A model generated the notes under the pieces. The model was given only the letters and a program-made list of their open reading frames with translations. It did not search any database and was not told the DNA's origin. From positions 11,869,863 through 11,933,862 of the forward strand of contig CM082585.2 of NCBI GenBank assembly GCA_040954595.2: DNA of 64,000 nucleotides, given 5' to 3'. The stretch is from Balanoglossus misakiensis. Lineage: Eukaryota > Animalia > Hemichordata. Shown one piece after another: positions 13,101 to 25,943 of the stretch; the first letter of the stretch is position 1; the number at the start of each line of letters is the position of its first letter. Made by a program: the position numbers and the translations under genes.

Positions 13101-15745
13101 AAGTTCTATTATCTGTAACTATTGGCCTATAATGCAAAGACTACATACAGACTATTGCAGTCACAAGTGAACTCTCTTTTTTGTAGAATAAGTAAAAATT
13201 AACGAAGAAGGCCTACCTCTAAATACCAGGAACCAGCATCTAATTTTTTTAAATCTGATATGTTGAAAGAGGTTGCATCATCATTTTTTCGATTTGGAAA
13301 TACAGATTCTACATTGGTTGTCCTTTTTAAATTTGTGTCATGAAGCAGGAATGGTACTCCATCAGCACTGAATGAAGGAGAAACAAACATGATGTTACAA
13401 CTCTGTTTGATTTTCAGTCTGTATGTCAGTCTGTCCATGTCATTCACCAGTCAGTCAGTCAGTCATAGGAGCAACTAGAACAGATTGTGAATAATCCATT
13501 CTATTAAAACAAGAATGCTAGTGGTTTATTCAATTACCTTATGCGTACATCTGATTCAAAACCAGCCACGTTGTTCTCAACAGCTTTTTGAAATGAAATC
13601 ATTGTATTTTCAGGAGCAATCTGCAGATAGATGAGAGTAAGATTAGTATAAAAAATATGGCAGAATAATTAAATGATTGTACTTGTATATCATGAATTCA
13701 TTGACAGGGCATTCTTTGACCAATTTTGTGTCATTGGACACACGCACACGTGTTCAGGTGAACACATCTCAACAATGAAAGTTGTGTGAAGCTGGTCACA
13801 AAGTTATCTGAGCATCAAAACTAAAGACAGATCAAATGAATGAGAGAAACTGACCTGCATTGCACCTCTGTGTCCAATTAATAGTGGTTTTTGTGGGAGA
13901 CTCTCTAAGGTGGCAATACACGGTGAATTCACCAGTAATGGACATAAATATAGGAATAATAATATGCATATATACAATCCAAAATAAATCATCTTCAGAA
14001 CTGCAAAGAAAACAATAAACAGTGTGAATTTATTTCGTACTCATCTATGATTTGTAAATTTGGAATAAGATGTAAACACCAATCAGCTGGCGAGAATTTT
14101 AAGTAATGTACATTATTTTGTAATGGAGATTTACCCCTTCACCACCATGGTTCGGCCCAAATCCATTGTTTTCTACAGTAAGTTTGAACCTCTACAGTGG
14201 GAACTGGGGGTGAAAGGGTTAAAGGACTTACCAATGTTTCTAACTTTAGCCCAAGCTCCAGCTATAAGCCAAGTCAGTGCTGTTAATATAACCACAGTCA
14301 ACATTTGAAGAAAAGGTGCAAAAATCTGGAAAAAAAGGTACAAAAATAAATGTGAATGTACAGTAAGGTACATGTACAAGCAAAAGTGGTGTTCACATTA
14401 TCCAATGTACATGTATAACAAAAACCATTCTCAAATATGTCAATGATTTTCTTTTAACGCAAACAGAAACATTTCAACTTACCAGGAGACTGAGTCGAAC
14501 AAGAACCCACTCTTCAGGGTAAACTTGACAAAATATGATCACAGTTGATATTGAACTTATTAGAATAAGGACAACCAGCACCTTATGAAACCAATGTAAA
14601 TACATTTCTTGTCCAACCATTATGTGACATAGTGCAAGTACCTGGCAAATTAAATCAAAACAATAGAGTTAAACGACAAGGGATTATCAATACATAAAAA
14701 TACTTTGCACTGAGCACAAAATGGCTCATGTAACTTGCAGAGTACACAGGTTATAAATTAAAACATGTATCCTATTTTTCTTCACAAAAACGCTGCATTC
14801 AATACTTCCATACAAACATATCCTTCATCAGATCTTATGGACATACTTGGATAATTAACATTAAATATTAATAGTTAATTGATATTGTAAATTATGAATT
14901 ATTAATATCTTACCATTAGTATCACTGCATATGTGAAGATGATACATGTGATAACAAGAAACAGGAAGAACCAGTCAAACCAGAAACCCAGTTGGGTATA
15001 CAGGAACCTAGCAAATAAAAATCGAAGAAACAAAAAGAGAATGTCAGAGAAAAATGATCAATCTTGCTTGTTAATAATTCAGTTTATAATTTAATGTAGA
15101 AAAAATTATATATAAAGATAATGTTATTCATTGTGGAACAACATTCAGTCATGTTATTTTCAATCTGGATGAGATAAATATTCCATTGATTTTTGGAAAT
15201 GTTTGATAATTATGTGTAAGACTTTTCTATACATGTATTGTGAGGTATACCGTCTCCCATTGAACTATTGGTGTTAGAATTGTATTCTCCTGTTTCCTAC
15301 ACTAGTATGAAAACAAACCATACCGTGATACACCACAAAGATTGAACACACTTACCAGTTGACATCATCATAATCATTTCTGATCACTAACCAGAAATAT
15401 AACCACGTTACCATAAATCCGAATGCCAGTACTGTGATAATAAACCAGATTCTCTCAACCTGAAAATAAACATCCAGATTTAAGCATTTGGCAAAATAGA
15501 ATGTGGCCAGATAGAATTTTCTTATATTTTAACATGTTAAGCAGTTTCAGAATATGGGACTATGAAAAATGGACATGGTCATTGGTGTCCTGTATGTGTT
15601 AAAAGTTTTGCTGACTTACAGTTGAAGTATCAGAAGTTGATCGCTGGTATCTCTTCCACCGACATCCATAGAGTCCAGTCAAACATGACAGACACACTTG
15701 CTGTTCATATCGCTGACGGTGTTCAAGTCGAAGATGGGACACCAT
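10173..15745 (-). CDS. GDPD5: Glycerophosphodiester phosphodiesterase GDPD5/GDE2-like (GDPD2/4/5 six-TM family)
   Basis: N-terminus MVSHLRLEHRQRYEQQVCLSCLTGLYGCRWKRYQRS matches the GDE2 CLSCLTGIYGCRWKRYQRS signature. Catalytic region LIGHRGAMQIAPENT...GFESDVRISADGVPFLLHD. About 13 coding exons: 15620-15745, 15356-15459, 14914-15007, ~14483-14641, ~14232-14326, ~13856-14000, ~13538-13621, ~13218-13367, ~12855-13075, ~12489-12643, ~12143-12294, ~11905-11987, 10173-10434. Co-orthologue of vertebrate GDPD2/4/5. Confidence 0.93.
10826..10947. mobile_element. Degenerate pogo/Tc1-mariner-type MITE
   Basis: TA followed by CAGTGAAACCTGTCT at the left end; imperfect inverted end AGACAAGTTTTAACAG at the right. 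Same terminal architecture as the element at 29669. Confidence 0.5.
11276..11392 (-). other. Candidate alternative exon of GDPD5 (117-nt in-frame cassette, or alternative last exon reading on to the stop at 11194)
   Basis: Pyrimidine-rich acceptor (CT)n...CTTTGTCTTTCTCTCCATCTACACACAG; phase 2-2; possible donor GAG|GTATTC. Encodes RHRNSDYHSAETISLASLGNHFNQESTSTIKEKCQALLM, similar to the terminal exon. Confidence 0.6.
11428..11449. repeat. (AG)n microsatellite
   Basis: About 11 AG units; on the minus strand they form a CT tract upstream of the candidate GDPD5 alternative exon. Confidence 0.9.
11591..11682 (+). mobile_element. ~90-bp piggyBac-like MITE, family A
   Basis: CCCTTTCACC...GGTGAAAGGG terminal inverted repeats with TTAA on the right; internal sequence homologous to copies at 14131 and 46291. 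Confidence 0.8.
14131..14222 (-). mobile_element. ~90-bp piggyBac-like MITE, family A (opposite orientation)
   Basis: TTACCCCTTCACCACCATGG...GGAACTGGGGGTGAAAGGGTTAA is the reverse complement of the copies at 11591 and 46291. It sits a few nt from a GDPD5 splice donor. Confidence 0.8.
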
Positions 15746-16414
15746 CTTAATTATTGTGTCTTCTGGTTGTCTCTTGATGTATCAGGTATGCCCCTCCAAA
15801 TAATGATCCTGTCCTTTTACATTGTTTAACTGTTAAAACAGTTAAATGGTCTGTCATATAACAGTATGTAATGCAGCACCGCCCTGAGAACTTGCAGTCA
15901 ATATATGATAAAGAGAAAAAAAAAACACTTTTGTTATTTCAGGAGGCTTTCTTACTAAAGTTATAGGGCCTACTTTATAGTCTAAAGTTTATACCACTGT
16001 GAAAAGAATTAAAAACGTTTTATTTATTCAAAGGAAATATGTTCTTAATGGAATAGCGTTCAGCTTTTTGTTGTTAAACATATCATTTTGATAAAACTGA
16101 AGTACATTGTATCTACTCGAGCTACTATACGCCCATTCTAAAGATCCCTGAGAAGCAGGAAGTGGTTTCTCCGCTTCTCTGAGGCTCTGACTGCATTTTG
16201 CAAAATTGCGTCCTCTGAAATGTACACCTGACTGCGCACTTAGCGCGATTTTGAAATGTAACACTTTGGCACAGAAATAAACAAGAAAGTTACAAGGTGA
16301 TTGTTGTTCTACTCTAAGAAACCCAAGGGCGTCTGTAGGTCGCACTGTTCTACATGTAGATATGGCATTGGCAGGTCGCTTTGACCCGGCAAGTGTAACA
16401 TGCACAGAACTTAC

Positions 16415-16884
16415 GCATACGTACCACTTAATTTCTATGGCAACTTAGCTTTTCTTCCACCTGGATCAGATTCATAAATAATTGCTACACTGACACGCGT
16501 TATTTATGATAAATGTCAGACATGATCGTGGAACTTCGCCATTCCTAATCGTAAATCGGTGGTGCAGTGTGATATTGAGTCAATCTATGTGGTGTAATAG
16601 TAATACTAAGAGGAAATTTGATTGGAAGACAGAAAACATGTCACCGAAAGGTGATTTTATTGTTTACACAACAAATAAACACAGACTTGGTAAGGCACGA
16701 GTAAGCGCTTACGAGTACGAGCCCATTAAGCGCACAACGCGCATTAGCAACGAAATACACCTCATTTGAATGTCTTAAATGGCACAGAAATTATCCCAAA
16801 ATATCCAAATAGCCAATCACAGAAGGTCTAATAGAAATAAGTTTGGCGTCCGCTACGCAAGCGCAGTGTGCTGGGTCATGCAGG
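16415..16884. promoter_or_regulatory. Bidirectional promoter region between GDPD5 (-) and TRAPPC14 (+), including the probable non-coding first exon of GDPD5
   Basis: Minus-strand GTAAGT donor at 16409-16414; CCAAT boxes (ATTGG 16621, AGCCAATCAC 16811); raised CpG density; TRAPPC14 ATG at 16885. Confidence 0.6.
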
Positions 16885-19800
16885 ATGGACGAAGGAACGG
16901 ACTGCCGGTTTTTTCTACATTTTCCGTTAGAAAAGCCCAAAACATTGGCCGATTTTCATAAGACACCTCAGAGGAAGTACGCATATCATGGGGAAACTGT
17001 ACAATTTCTTCTCGTTTCCGAATACCAGGGAGAAGACCGTGGTATGCAATGTTTACAATCGTGGCGAGAGCGCATGTCCAGCCTTTGCTCGTCTGCAAAT
17101 GCAAGTCGTCTGGAACTTGAAGAGGAGGATGTTAAAGATGGAACGGATGCGACCATGGAAAACGGGGCTGTGTCGACATCTAATAAGGACAACGGCTTCA
17201 AGAAGTGTGAAATACTGTCACTTTACAGCAGAGAAAGGGAACCTCGAGATAAAAAGGTGAATATGCAATGTGACATGGCAACCTGTACCCTGTGGTCGTA
17301 CCTAGAAACGCCTCAAAAATATTGAGATTAAAAAGCAATAAAGTTGCTGAGAATGTGAGTAAAAAAGTCCAACTGTTGAGCGAAAACAATGCAGAATGTT
17401 GTTGTTGTTGTTGTTGTTTTTGCACTTGCAGAAACGATGATTTGATATGGATGAAATAGATTTGTTAAACAGTAAACATCACCATGTAAATACAACAACA
17501 ACAACAGTATATAATATAATCATTAATATTACTGTGGACCCTGGAATTACTGATATGATATGCATGAGAGCTTTAGCAATAGCTGCTTTCAATGACTTGT
17601 CATATCAGGTATGTGCTATCAGCCACCTCAATTGTCACATTGTACTAAATAAGGCAACAATTCCAATAATATCACATTACTGTTGATAAGCACTGAAACA
17701 CCTGCACACTTTCCCAAAGAACTATAAAGCTGTTTTATGTGTCACTGTTGATGAAGCATTATCTTCTATGTGGTTTATTTACAGGCAATATTCACCCATT
17801 GATATCTGGTCATGAAGCAAGATACTAATATGTACATGTATTTTGTTTCCTGAGTTGCAGATGACTAAACCTGTATTCGTGGCTGAAGACACAGTAGTCT
17901 TTCAGCTGTCTGTGACGTTAGCTCAACTGCCAGTAAGGACAACCACCTGTACCATTATAGTATCTTTATGGTCACCAGAATATACAGACAAAGCCCTACA
18001 GACCCAGGGGTACCTGAATCTCTTCGTAGAGTCCAATCCAATGACCATCCTTAAAGCCAGCAGTTCTGGAATCAAGTGCAATGGTAAGTTTGGTTTTATT
18101 GATTTCTGTATCTTGCACTAGTGTTGTCATCTGGGAGTTTTTAATTGTGAGGTTTGGTCTGTCATCGCTTAGGTAGGGATGGAAGAGGTCATAGGTGCAA
18201 ATGGTGATGATACGAAAAAGATGACTAAACACTTAAAAATGACAATGGATTGGGATCAACACAAAAAACAATGACAGAACGATAGATAGAAACCGGAAGA
18301 TTTAATAGCTTTGCAATGTTACAGTGTCTGTCAAATGTATCTTTATAAGGTGACCCTGTTCAGTAGTAACATATGGTCATTTGCATATGAATAGGATGAT
18401 CTGCTAGTCAATATCATTCATGATTTTTGTGTCCTGCAACGTGACACAGACACCATTTGTTGCATTTCTCATTCCTGGTGGGTTTAGTATGTACTGGTGT
18501 ATCTGGGTCTGTGATGTTAATGTCCTTATTGGGTCTAAACACTGTTCAAAATTATCAAAATTCTATCATGTTACGAGTGAAAGTGACTGCAGTCAGAAAT
18601 TGGAACTAAATTGGTGACTGATACATGTTCATTTAATAGAGATTGTAAAAAGTCAGACCAGAAATAACATATCAGTAGAATGGTCACTCATTTTGAGATA
18701 TATATCACATTGATATACTTTTTGTTTCTTCTCTAGTGACATCCACCATGGATTTGCTGTCACCTCCCAGTGTTAAATGTCGTCATATACCCGTAGCAGG
18801 AAAGCACTACATATTAGTAAGAGGTAGGGTTTTTATGCTTGAAAACCAATGTGTTGCTTCCGTGAAACTTTTAAAATGAAGACTAGCAAGCAGTCTGGAA
18901 GTACCGTGTATTTTAATATGCTATATCCTTTATTTGAACATTGTCACCGATAGTTTGTTTATTTATGCACCTATCTACATGTATAAAGTTTGATTAACAT
19001 TTTGATAAAATTGGTATGTACTTTTTCTCTCCACAGTATCCAATTTTTATAAGGATCCACTTGTAATACACAATCTCCAGGCACTGCCAAATTGCAATGA
19101 AAACTTCCTGCCTCCCAGTCCAGAGGGTGTCCATCATAACAATTTCATCAATAATGAGTAAGTCCAATAATAATTGTAGCTTTCCCTGAATATGATGTGG
19201 CGTATAATGGTTTTCCTGTATAGGAGGATGGATTTCTTAGATCTTAATGTGTATTTCTTTCAGAAATATCTCCAAGTATGTTGATGTCAATTCCATATCA
19301 ATGATACACTGTAAAACATGGCAGCTACCAATTGTATTGCAACCTTTGGAAAAGCAGTGTGTTGTCTTTCAAGTGGATTTTAGGAACCAGAGTAACCATG
19401 GTGACACACAGGTATATTATTTATATTTCTCGCAAATTGACAACTAAGCTTTCCTAAATGTTATGGTTCATTATTTCAGTGCAAGCAGAAAATCACACAC
19501 GCAGTTGACGCCTAAATTGAATTGAAATTTTACCCTTAAAATGTCAGAAGATAGATATCTATATTAACCCATTTGTCTTTTTGTACATCAGAGTTTTGAA
19601 ATCCCTTTGTTACTGGCCCTTTCATGGAGCTGTCACTCACAATTAAAGGGAGAAGTCACAATCACACATTACAAATTACCTCGTATCAAAGTGGACCTGC
19701 CATCACTCGTTATGTCTGCTTCTTGCCCATCACCGATCACAGTTGGTAAAAGGTAGGTCTTGATCACCACAACACTTCCAGTGTTAACAGTGTTAACATC

Positions 19801-21021
19801 ATTGATGTGCATTTCAGAGCATTTGACATGCACAAATGAATCTGTGCATCGCTGCGAGTCAACGCTTCAAGTCCAGTTCGTATTCCTAACTATCTTCTGT
19901 TTTTTGTTGTTTCAGTTTTAACGTCACTTACACAATAATGAATAATCTCCAAGACTTTGTCAGTGTCAAACTGCTTTGGAATCCTGAAAAGGAAGCACAG
20001 AAGAAAAGTAAGCACCAGGATAATAAATATCTACATCAGCAGTAATTTTTTTGTTTTTCATCATCCTAATAATCCTTATTCACTTTAAATTTTGGGAATG
20101 AATAAACTTTTTTTTCCTGTCACCTTCTTTTACAGCACATGTGCACCAGAGTCACCTTGATTCTGTCAATAATTCCTTGATTTGTCAAGACCCATTCTCT
20201 GCAGCTGGTTTTTGTCAAAACGGCTCAACTCTGACATTTACAGTAAATTTTAAATCATTAAGCGAAGGAGTATTTGAAGTGAGTATTTAAACTAATGGTA
20301 ATCACCAAATTCTATACTTGATTGTCATTGTTATGCCCTTTCAAGGAAAGATGTTCATGACATGTTTCTTGCATCAAGATGATGAATTTTTGGCTACTAG
20401 ATGCCACCTGAGAATCATATTTTCTCATTTGCCTAACTGTGCCTGAACAACTTTTCAGATTGGTCAGCATATGAAACTGAAGCTGCAATATACAGCATCA
20501 TTTCTAAGTGGTGGTCAAACATCTGTTGATGGCAAAATCAGAGGTCGCGTGGGTCTGCAACCAGATGGTCAATATGCTGCAGCCAGTCCAGACAGAAAAG
20601 TCAAGAATATCCTTGGTGGTGCTAGGTCTAATTCCCTGACCACTGACCAATATCATGGTCAGTTTAAAGGTTATCCATCACCTGGTGTGAGGTAAGGGCA
20701 GTTAGCTGTAGCTGTTAATTCTCCTTCAACCCTTTTGTGTTTCTTTGGGTGTTTCATGTAGTATGAAATATATGTAAGAATTCTGTGAACCCAGAAAAAT
20801 CTGACATAAATGTCTTGAATGATGCTGATTTATTTCTATTCATTATTTTCCACAGATCTTTAAGTGGCAGTACTTACAGTTTGCCCGGCAGAGGTGAATC
20901 CCCTATGCCATCACCAACCAGTTCACCAAGCAGACATACCACTACCTCATCACCCAGCCACAACAAACTATCGCTGGATAAAATCGTCAAACGACGCTGT
21001 CAAGTCTATGCCATGGCATAA
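16885..21021 (+). CDS. TRAPPC14: Trafficking protein particle complex subunit 14 (C7orf43/MAP11), 10 coding exons
   Basis: Exons 16885-17256, 17861-18083, 18737-18823, 19037-19157, 19264-19411, 19591-~19752, ~19915-20007, 20136-20278, 20459-20691, 20855-21021. Diagnostic peptides YHGETVQFLLV, PPSVKCRHIPVAGKH, FNVTYTIMNNLQDFVSVKLLWNP, GVFEIGQHMKLKLQYTAS and LSLDKIVKRRCQV. Confidence 0.92.
17397..17417. repeat. (TGT)n microsatellite
   Basis: About 7 TGT units in TRAPPC14 intron 1. Confidence 0.85.
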
Positions 21022-21863
21022 CAGAGACAGTTACACCAATGTTGTTAATGCCAAAAATATGTGTATATGTGGTAGCTATCTCTGTACTATGCAAGTATAC
21101 AAATTTGCAAATCTCAAAATGTCTGATGGCTAATCTCTTCCGTACATATCAGTGTTTCTACTGTTACGATTGTCTAGCTGCATGTAAATTTTTTAACCAA
21201 TGTTGGCATTTTAAAAATATCGTCTTGATCATTTTTCCTTGATGACAGCATGACAAATTATTTGAACAGTCAGTCATTTGCTTAGAATGCATAATTTAAA
21301 GGAGTCTTGCCCAACATTAAAACACTTCTTCTACTGTAATGTATTATGAAAAATAGTATTTTATTGGTTAAATTTCTCTATATATGTATATTTTGCAGTT
21401 TAAAGTTGTTTATTTATTTATTTATTAGATGTTGTCTATTTTGGAACTTTCTGTTCTACCTGATTTCCGACTGCAATGGCAAAGTTAAGTTTATATTATG
21501 TGAGAAAATTTATTTTGTAGGGTAACTGCATATCATGTAATGATACACGGTTATGTTATGTAGTAGGGTTGGATTCTTTTTGGGGTTCAATGGCGGGGCT
21601 GTGACAGTTTTAAGTGGTGAAATAGTTAAGTCTTCCAGATTTATTTGCTGATGAATGTGTATTTGTTCAACTACCAGATATAATTTTTTAAGACCGGGAT
21701 ATCTTTATGTCATATAGTTGTAGCAAATGTTTGTAACTACTGAGTCGACCTTGCCATAATGATTGATTACAATTTGTTCTTCACCATTTATAAAATTAAT
21801 GTACAATGTATGTTAATATGCCTGAAATTATTTAATGTTGTACAACTTTTACCTGTTCTTGAT

Positions 21864-21869
21864 AATAAA
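21864..21869 (+). terminator. Probable poly(A) signal of TRAPPC14
   Basis: AATAAA at the end of a U-rich 3' UTR, just before the BAP18 promoter. Confidence 0.5.
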
Positions 21870-21990
21870 AGGAGTTCTATTAACTGTTAATGACTGGCAT
21901 AATTATGTTGCAAAGATGACGAATCGTGGCTAAGGTTCGATTTTCCAACGTTTTTCTATTCCGTTTCTGCCGCTGGCTGCGCTAAATCAT

Positions 21991-22044
21991 ACTCCCAGCA
22001 TGCATCTATACTGTGATGAATATAAACTTCCGGTAGCCATCTTT
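21991..22044 (+). promoter_or_regulatory. Housekeeping promoter of BAP18: ZNF143/Staf-like, ETS and YY1 motifs
   Basis: ACTCCCAGCATGCAT (21991-22005, SBS core), ACTTCCGG (22026-22033, ETS/GABP) and GCCATCTTT (22036-22044, YY1), all within 80 nt of the ATG at 22068. Confidence 0.65.
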
Positions 22045-22067
22045 TACGCGGCTGTTTTGTTTTGGTC

Positions 22068-23852
22068 ATGAGTTCAGCGGCGAAAGTAAGTGGGCGTTTG
22101 TTTGCTTTTAGATATTTCCAGTCATTTTTAGTACAGATATATTAAAATGAACACGGAGTGGGTTACATACGCATTTTATCCTGCTGAAATGGCGTCTGTA
22201 TCATATTCAATTGCTGCCAACAAGAATAGCTCTGTCTGCACTGTATGCATGATATGCAGACGACATACAGACGCCTGAAAGCAGACGCGAAATGGTACCA
22301 CAGCGGTCTCTCTATGTTAGTCTAAGAGGAGCGAATTTATGTGTTGACTAAAAAGCAGCATCTAAAACAGGTATGACAGCAACATTCACTATTATCATGG
22401 TTATTTTAAGATGTTATTACAAGTTTAAATGTGCTCTTTGCATTCCAGGTAGGCGAGATATTTTCAGCTGCAGGTTCAGCCTTCAGTAAGCTGGGAGAAT
22501 TGACCATGCAGCTTCATCCTGCGGCAGATCAATCACCATCAAGGTAACACAATAATACAATGTAGTAAGTGTCCCTAAAAATAGCAGGGCTGGTTGTGAA
22601 GTGACTATGTTCAGACTGTATGATCATTATAACAGCGCCCTCACGTGGCCAAATCATGGAAAACTATTACTTCAGAAATCACTCATTAAAATCTCACCTA
22701 AAATGATTGATATCTCAATCTTTGACAGCGGGAAATGGACAGACCAGGAAATAGAAATGTTGAGGGATAGTATCAAGAGGTTTGGTGACGATCTCAACAA
22801 AATCAGCGAAATCATCAAAACTAGAACAATGTAAGTATATGTACATTGTAGCACTTACTGTAATGTTTGCTGGAATGTTACATAATATGCACCTCGTGCC
22901 AAATGATTGATGCAAACTAATTTTGACTCGATGCCAAGTGATTTGCATGATAAATTTTCTTACAATTTTATCCAGTGATTGTGTGTTTTAATTTCAAGGC
23001 AGATGGCTTTTTGCCTCAGTTTGCTATATCTACCGGCAGACTAACCAGTATGAATTTTTAATGAAGGTAAAGGAAGGTAAACTGGTTTCTGTGCAAACTA
23101 TGACCATGGGAACCCCTGTCCATGCAAGTTTAATGGTGTCACTGTTTTTTCCTGGCCTTCCTCACCCAGAGCACAAATCAAAGCAGCCCTAAAAAGTAAA
23201 GCTTTCGAAGAGTCGAAATTGAAGAAGTCTCCATCCAAAAGTTCATCAACAACTGCAGTTGTGACACAGCCAGCAGGTAAAAGATTAAGTGCAGATGGAG
23301 CAGATGGCGATGATCCACCATTGAAGAAACGAAAACAATCAGGTGCGATGGGTGTTGTAATAAAATGAGGCTGATTTTGAAACCTTTGATGTAGTTGTCA
23401 TTTGAATGTGTTATCTATGGTAAGGTTGGATCTCTACAAAGAGATCTGGGGCCGGGGGTGAAAGGGTAAAAAATAAAATCATGCTTCCACTAATAGGGGC
23501 AGACCACTGAGATATATTGGGATCATGAATAATCATGTTGTTTTTATTCTACAGCTGAAGTCACACTGAACATGTTAAATTCAACAGACCATCCGGGAGA
23601 CACATTAGTGGATGTGGAAGGGTTAGAAGATCCTTCGCCGGTCAAAAAATTAGATTTTGGAGAGCAAGGTAAAGGCATTCACATATCCAACATTTTCATG
23701 ACCAATCTTGTGAATGTGATATATTTGAATAAGTTTGCGTGTATTCCACTTTCACCTTATAGTTTCTGACACTCTTTTTTCTATCCGTTTTATTTTTTTC
23801 AGATCTGGATTCCAATCTAATGATGTCCGGCTCTGATATTCTCTCAAGATGA
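22068..23852 (+). CDS. BAP18: Chromatin complexes subunit BAP18 (C17orf49), SANT domain, 6 coding exons
   Basis: Exons 22068-22085, 22449-22543, 22729-22830, 23170-23342, 23555-23668, 23803-23852. Protein: MSSAAKVGEIFSAAGSAFSKLGELTMQLHP...GKWTDQEIEMLRDSIKRFGDDLNKISEIIKTRTIAQIK...VTLNMLN...VDVEGL...KKLDF. Confidence 0.95.
23382..23470 (-). mobile_element. Degenerate family A MITE
   Basis: TCTATGGTAAGGTTGGATCTCTACAAAGAGATCTGGGGCCGGGGGTGAAAGGGTAAA resembles the right half of the 14131 copy. Confidence 0.55.
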
Positions 23853-23999
23853 TCTGTGCATCCAGCATTAGTCTTCTGTCAGCCAGATATTTGTCTTTTC
23901 CTATTTATCAAAAAGTATCCCTTTAAAAGTAAAACGTAATCACTTAAAGTGAGCAAAACCCTGAAAGTACCAAGTAATGAACTATGTTATTGTATGCAC

Positions 24000-24023
24000 A
24001 TGTATGTATGTATGTATGTATGT
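24000..24023. repeat. (TATG)n microsatellite in the BAP18 3' UTR
   Basis: About 5-6 ATGT units. Confidence 0.85.
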
Positions 24024-25943
24024 ACCTGTGTTTGTATTAGTGGTTGGTTTTCTATCCTTGTGAAATAATGTACATGTAGGGGGGTCTTATTTTTGTTTAT
24101 GATTTTAATATTTAAAAAAAAATATATGAACTGAATATCGCCTGAAGTGTTTTGTAATATGGATACAAAACCAAAAGGTAACTTGGAAATATTGTAGTAA
24201 AATCCCATCAAGAATTTCAGATTATTTTGAATAATTTTTGTTTTGTTTTTTACTTACTTTGATTAATATTTGTTTTATTTTTTACTGATTTGTTTCAACC
24301 ATATTGGTTTATTATTTTATAGCTGAACATATGATTATTACTAGGGAGGACATTTTTTTTTTACTGAGAAACTATAAGTTCTGGTGTTTGAACAGATTCA
24401 CGTTTGGAAGTTCCACAGATTTTCTTTTCCCCACTGAGGGCGCCCTTCAATGATATCGTGGTATATTTCATTTCTTGTTCTTTTGTTTCTTGTAAGCTTT
24501 TATTTTTTTTCTTAAGAGCTTTATATCAATAGAAATCGTTTTCTATCAATTCTATTTCTGTGTTCCCAAAATTTGTTGAATCAGAAGTGTATGCTTTGGG
24601 TATTTCTGATGACATGTCGATATTATTTTAACAGCTTAATATTTTCCTTAATAAAATTTACTGTCGACCTCGTCGCATTTATTTGTGACATTGAAGTTTC
24701 TTATAGCGGCTGGGAATATGATTACAGATGGAAATTTCCAGAAAAAGGTTTGGGACGAAAGATGGATATTGAGATTAGAGGCACAGGCAAGGCTCATCTG
24801 TAACAGACACAGTCTTGTTCACATATGAGCCACTTTGCGGTTCCAAAAAGTCAGTAAGTGCAGTGTTACTTGCAGGTGGCTAGATCAATAAGTTCATGAT
24901 CCATAAAACCATATTTCTGATTTTTGTACATTTATGAATGAATGTCCTTTGCATTTTAGTAGCTTAAACTTTTCAGTCAAGTGCAAGGTCGCAAAGCGTT
25001 TAGTTGTCTCGTACCAAGGATAGTATTTTCCAGGAAAACGCAAAGACTTTTAAAAAAAATCGGCTAGGACTGGGAACCTCAATATTCTTGCAAACGCGAA
25101 TTTTGACGCACCCCAAAGATCCCCATCGATCATGTATGTATACTAGGGCATGGAATTTCATTTGGAGCGTTAAAAATCCCCGGTCCACGCGGCTTCTGCG
25201 TGTTCACAGTAGTAAGACAACCCGGTGTTTAAAAACGTGGCTCAATATTTATGACCGTGGTGGCAGTAACGGTGGTGACGCGGATGCGTTCCCAAATACG
25301 TCAGCCGAAATACGATATCGAAAAGTCGGAAAGTTCCTGTGGGTGAAACGATTACTACAACGGAGGTGTTCGCGTTCAGAGTCAACGTTTATTATAATCA
25401 AATAATCTCATGAATAGTTACTAATGTAATAAATCCAAAGATTTAGGATGTTGTCCCAAAAGCCGCACGATTACTGCAATTTCTAACTCCAGAAAGAATT
25501 CTGTTATTGTTTGTAAGTCTGAAGACCCCTATGAGAAGAAAATGGTCGAGTCATGATTTAAGAACTCAGTACGATATATGTCACGACAACATCAAAAGTC
25601 CCGGGGCTTCAGTTTTGCCAGTCTGGTGTGGGTAAAATCCATCTCCCTTTTGAGAGGTTTAGTGTCTTTGAGTGTTAAAGTCGCCTGTTGTCTACAGTAA
25701 TGCATAAGCACATCAAAATACGCGAACAGATGACTGGGTAGGTTGCTGCCTGAAGAAAAAAGCGTCATAGATGGACGTTCTCTCAGGATAAGATTTTCCC
25801 GTTTATCGTCTGCTGTGTTCTGTCTTCGCGAATCAAACTGTATGAATGTGGGTGGCTTGGAATAGTCATTGAAGCTGCCTTCGTTCATTGGGGACGAAAT
25901 TCTGTGAAAATAGAGGTTTTTGTGTTCTGAGTGAACCAAGAAA

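Noticed and set aside
17198-17425. Poly-Gln ORF on the minus strand
   Set aside because: Microsatellite artefact antisense to TRAPPC14 exon 1 and intron 1.
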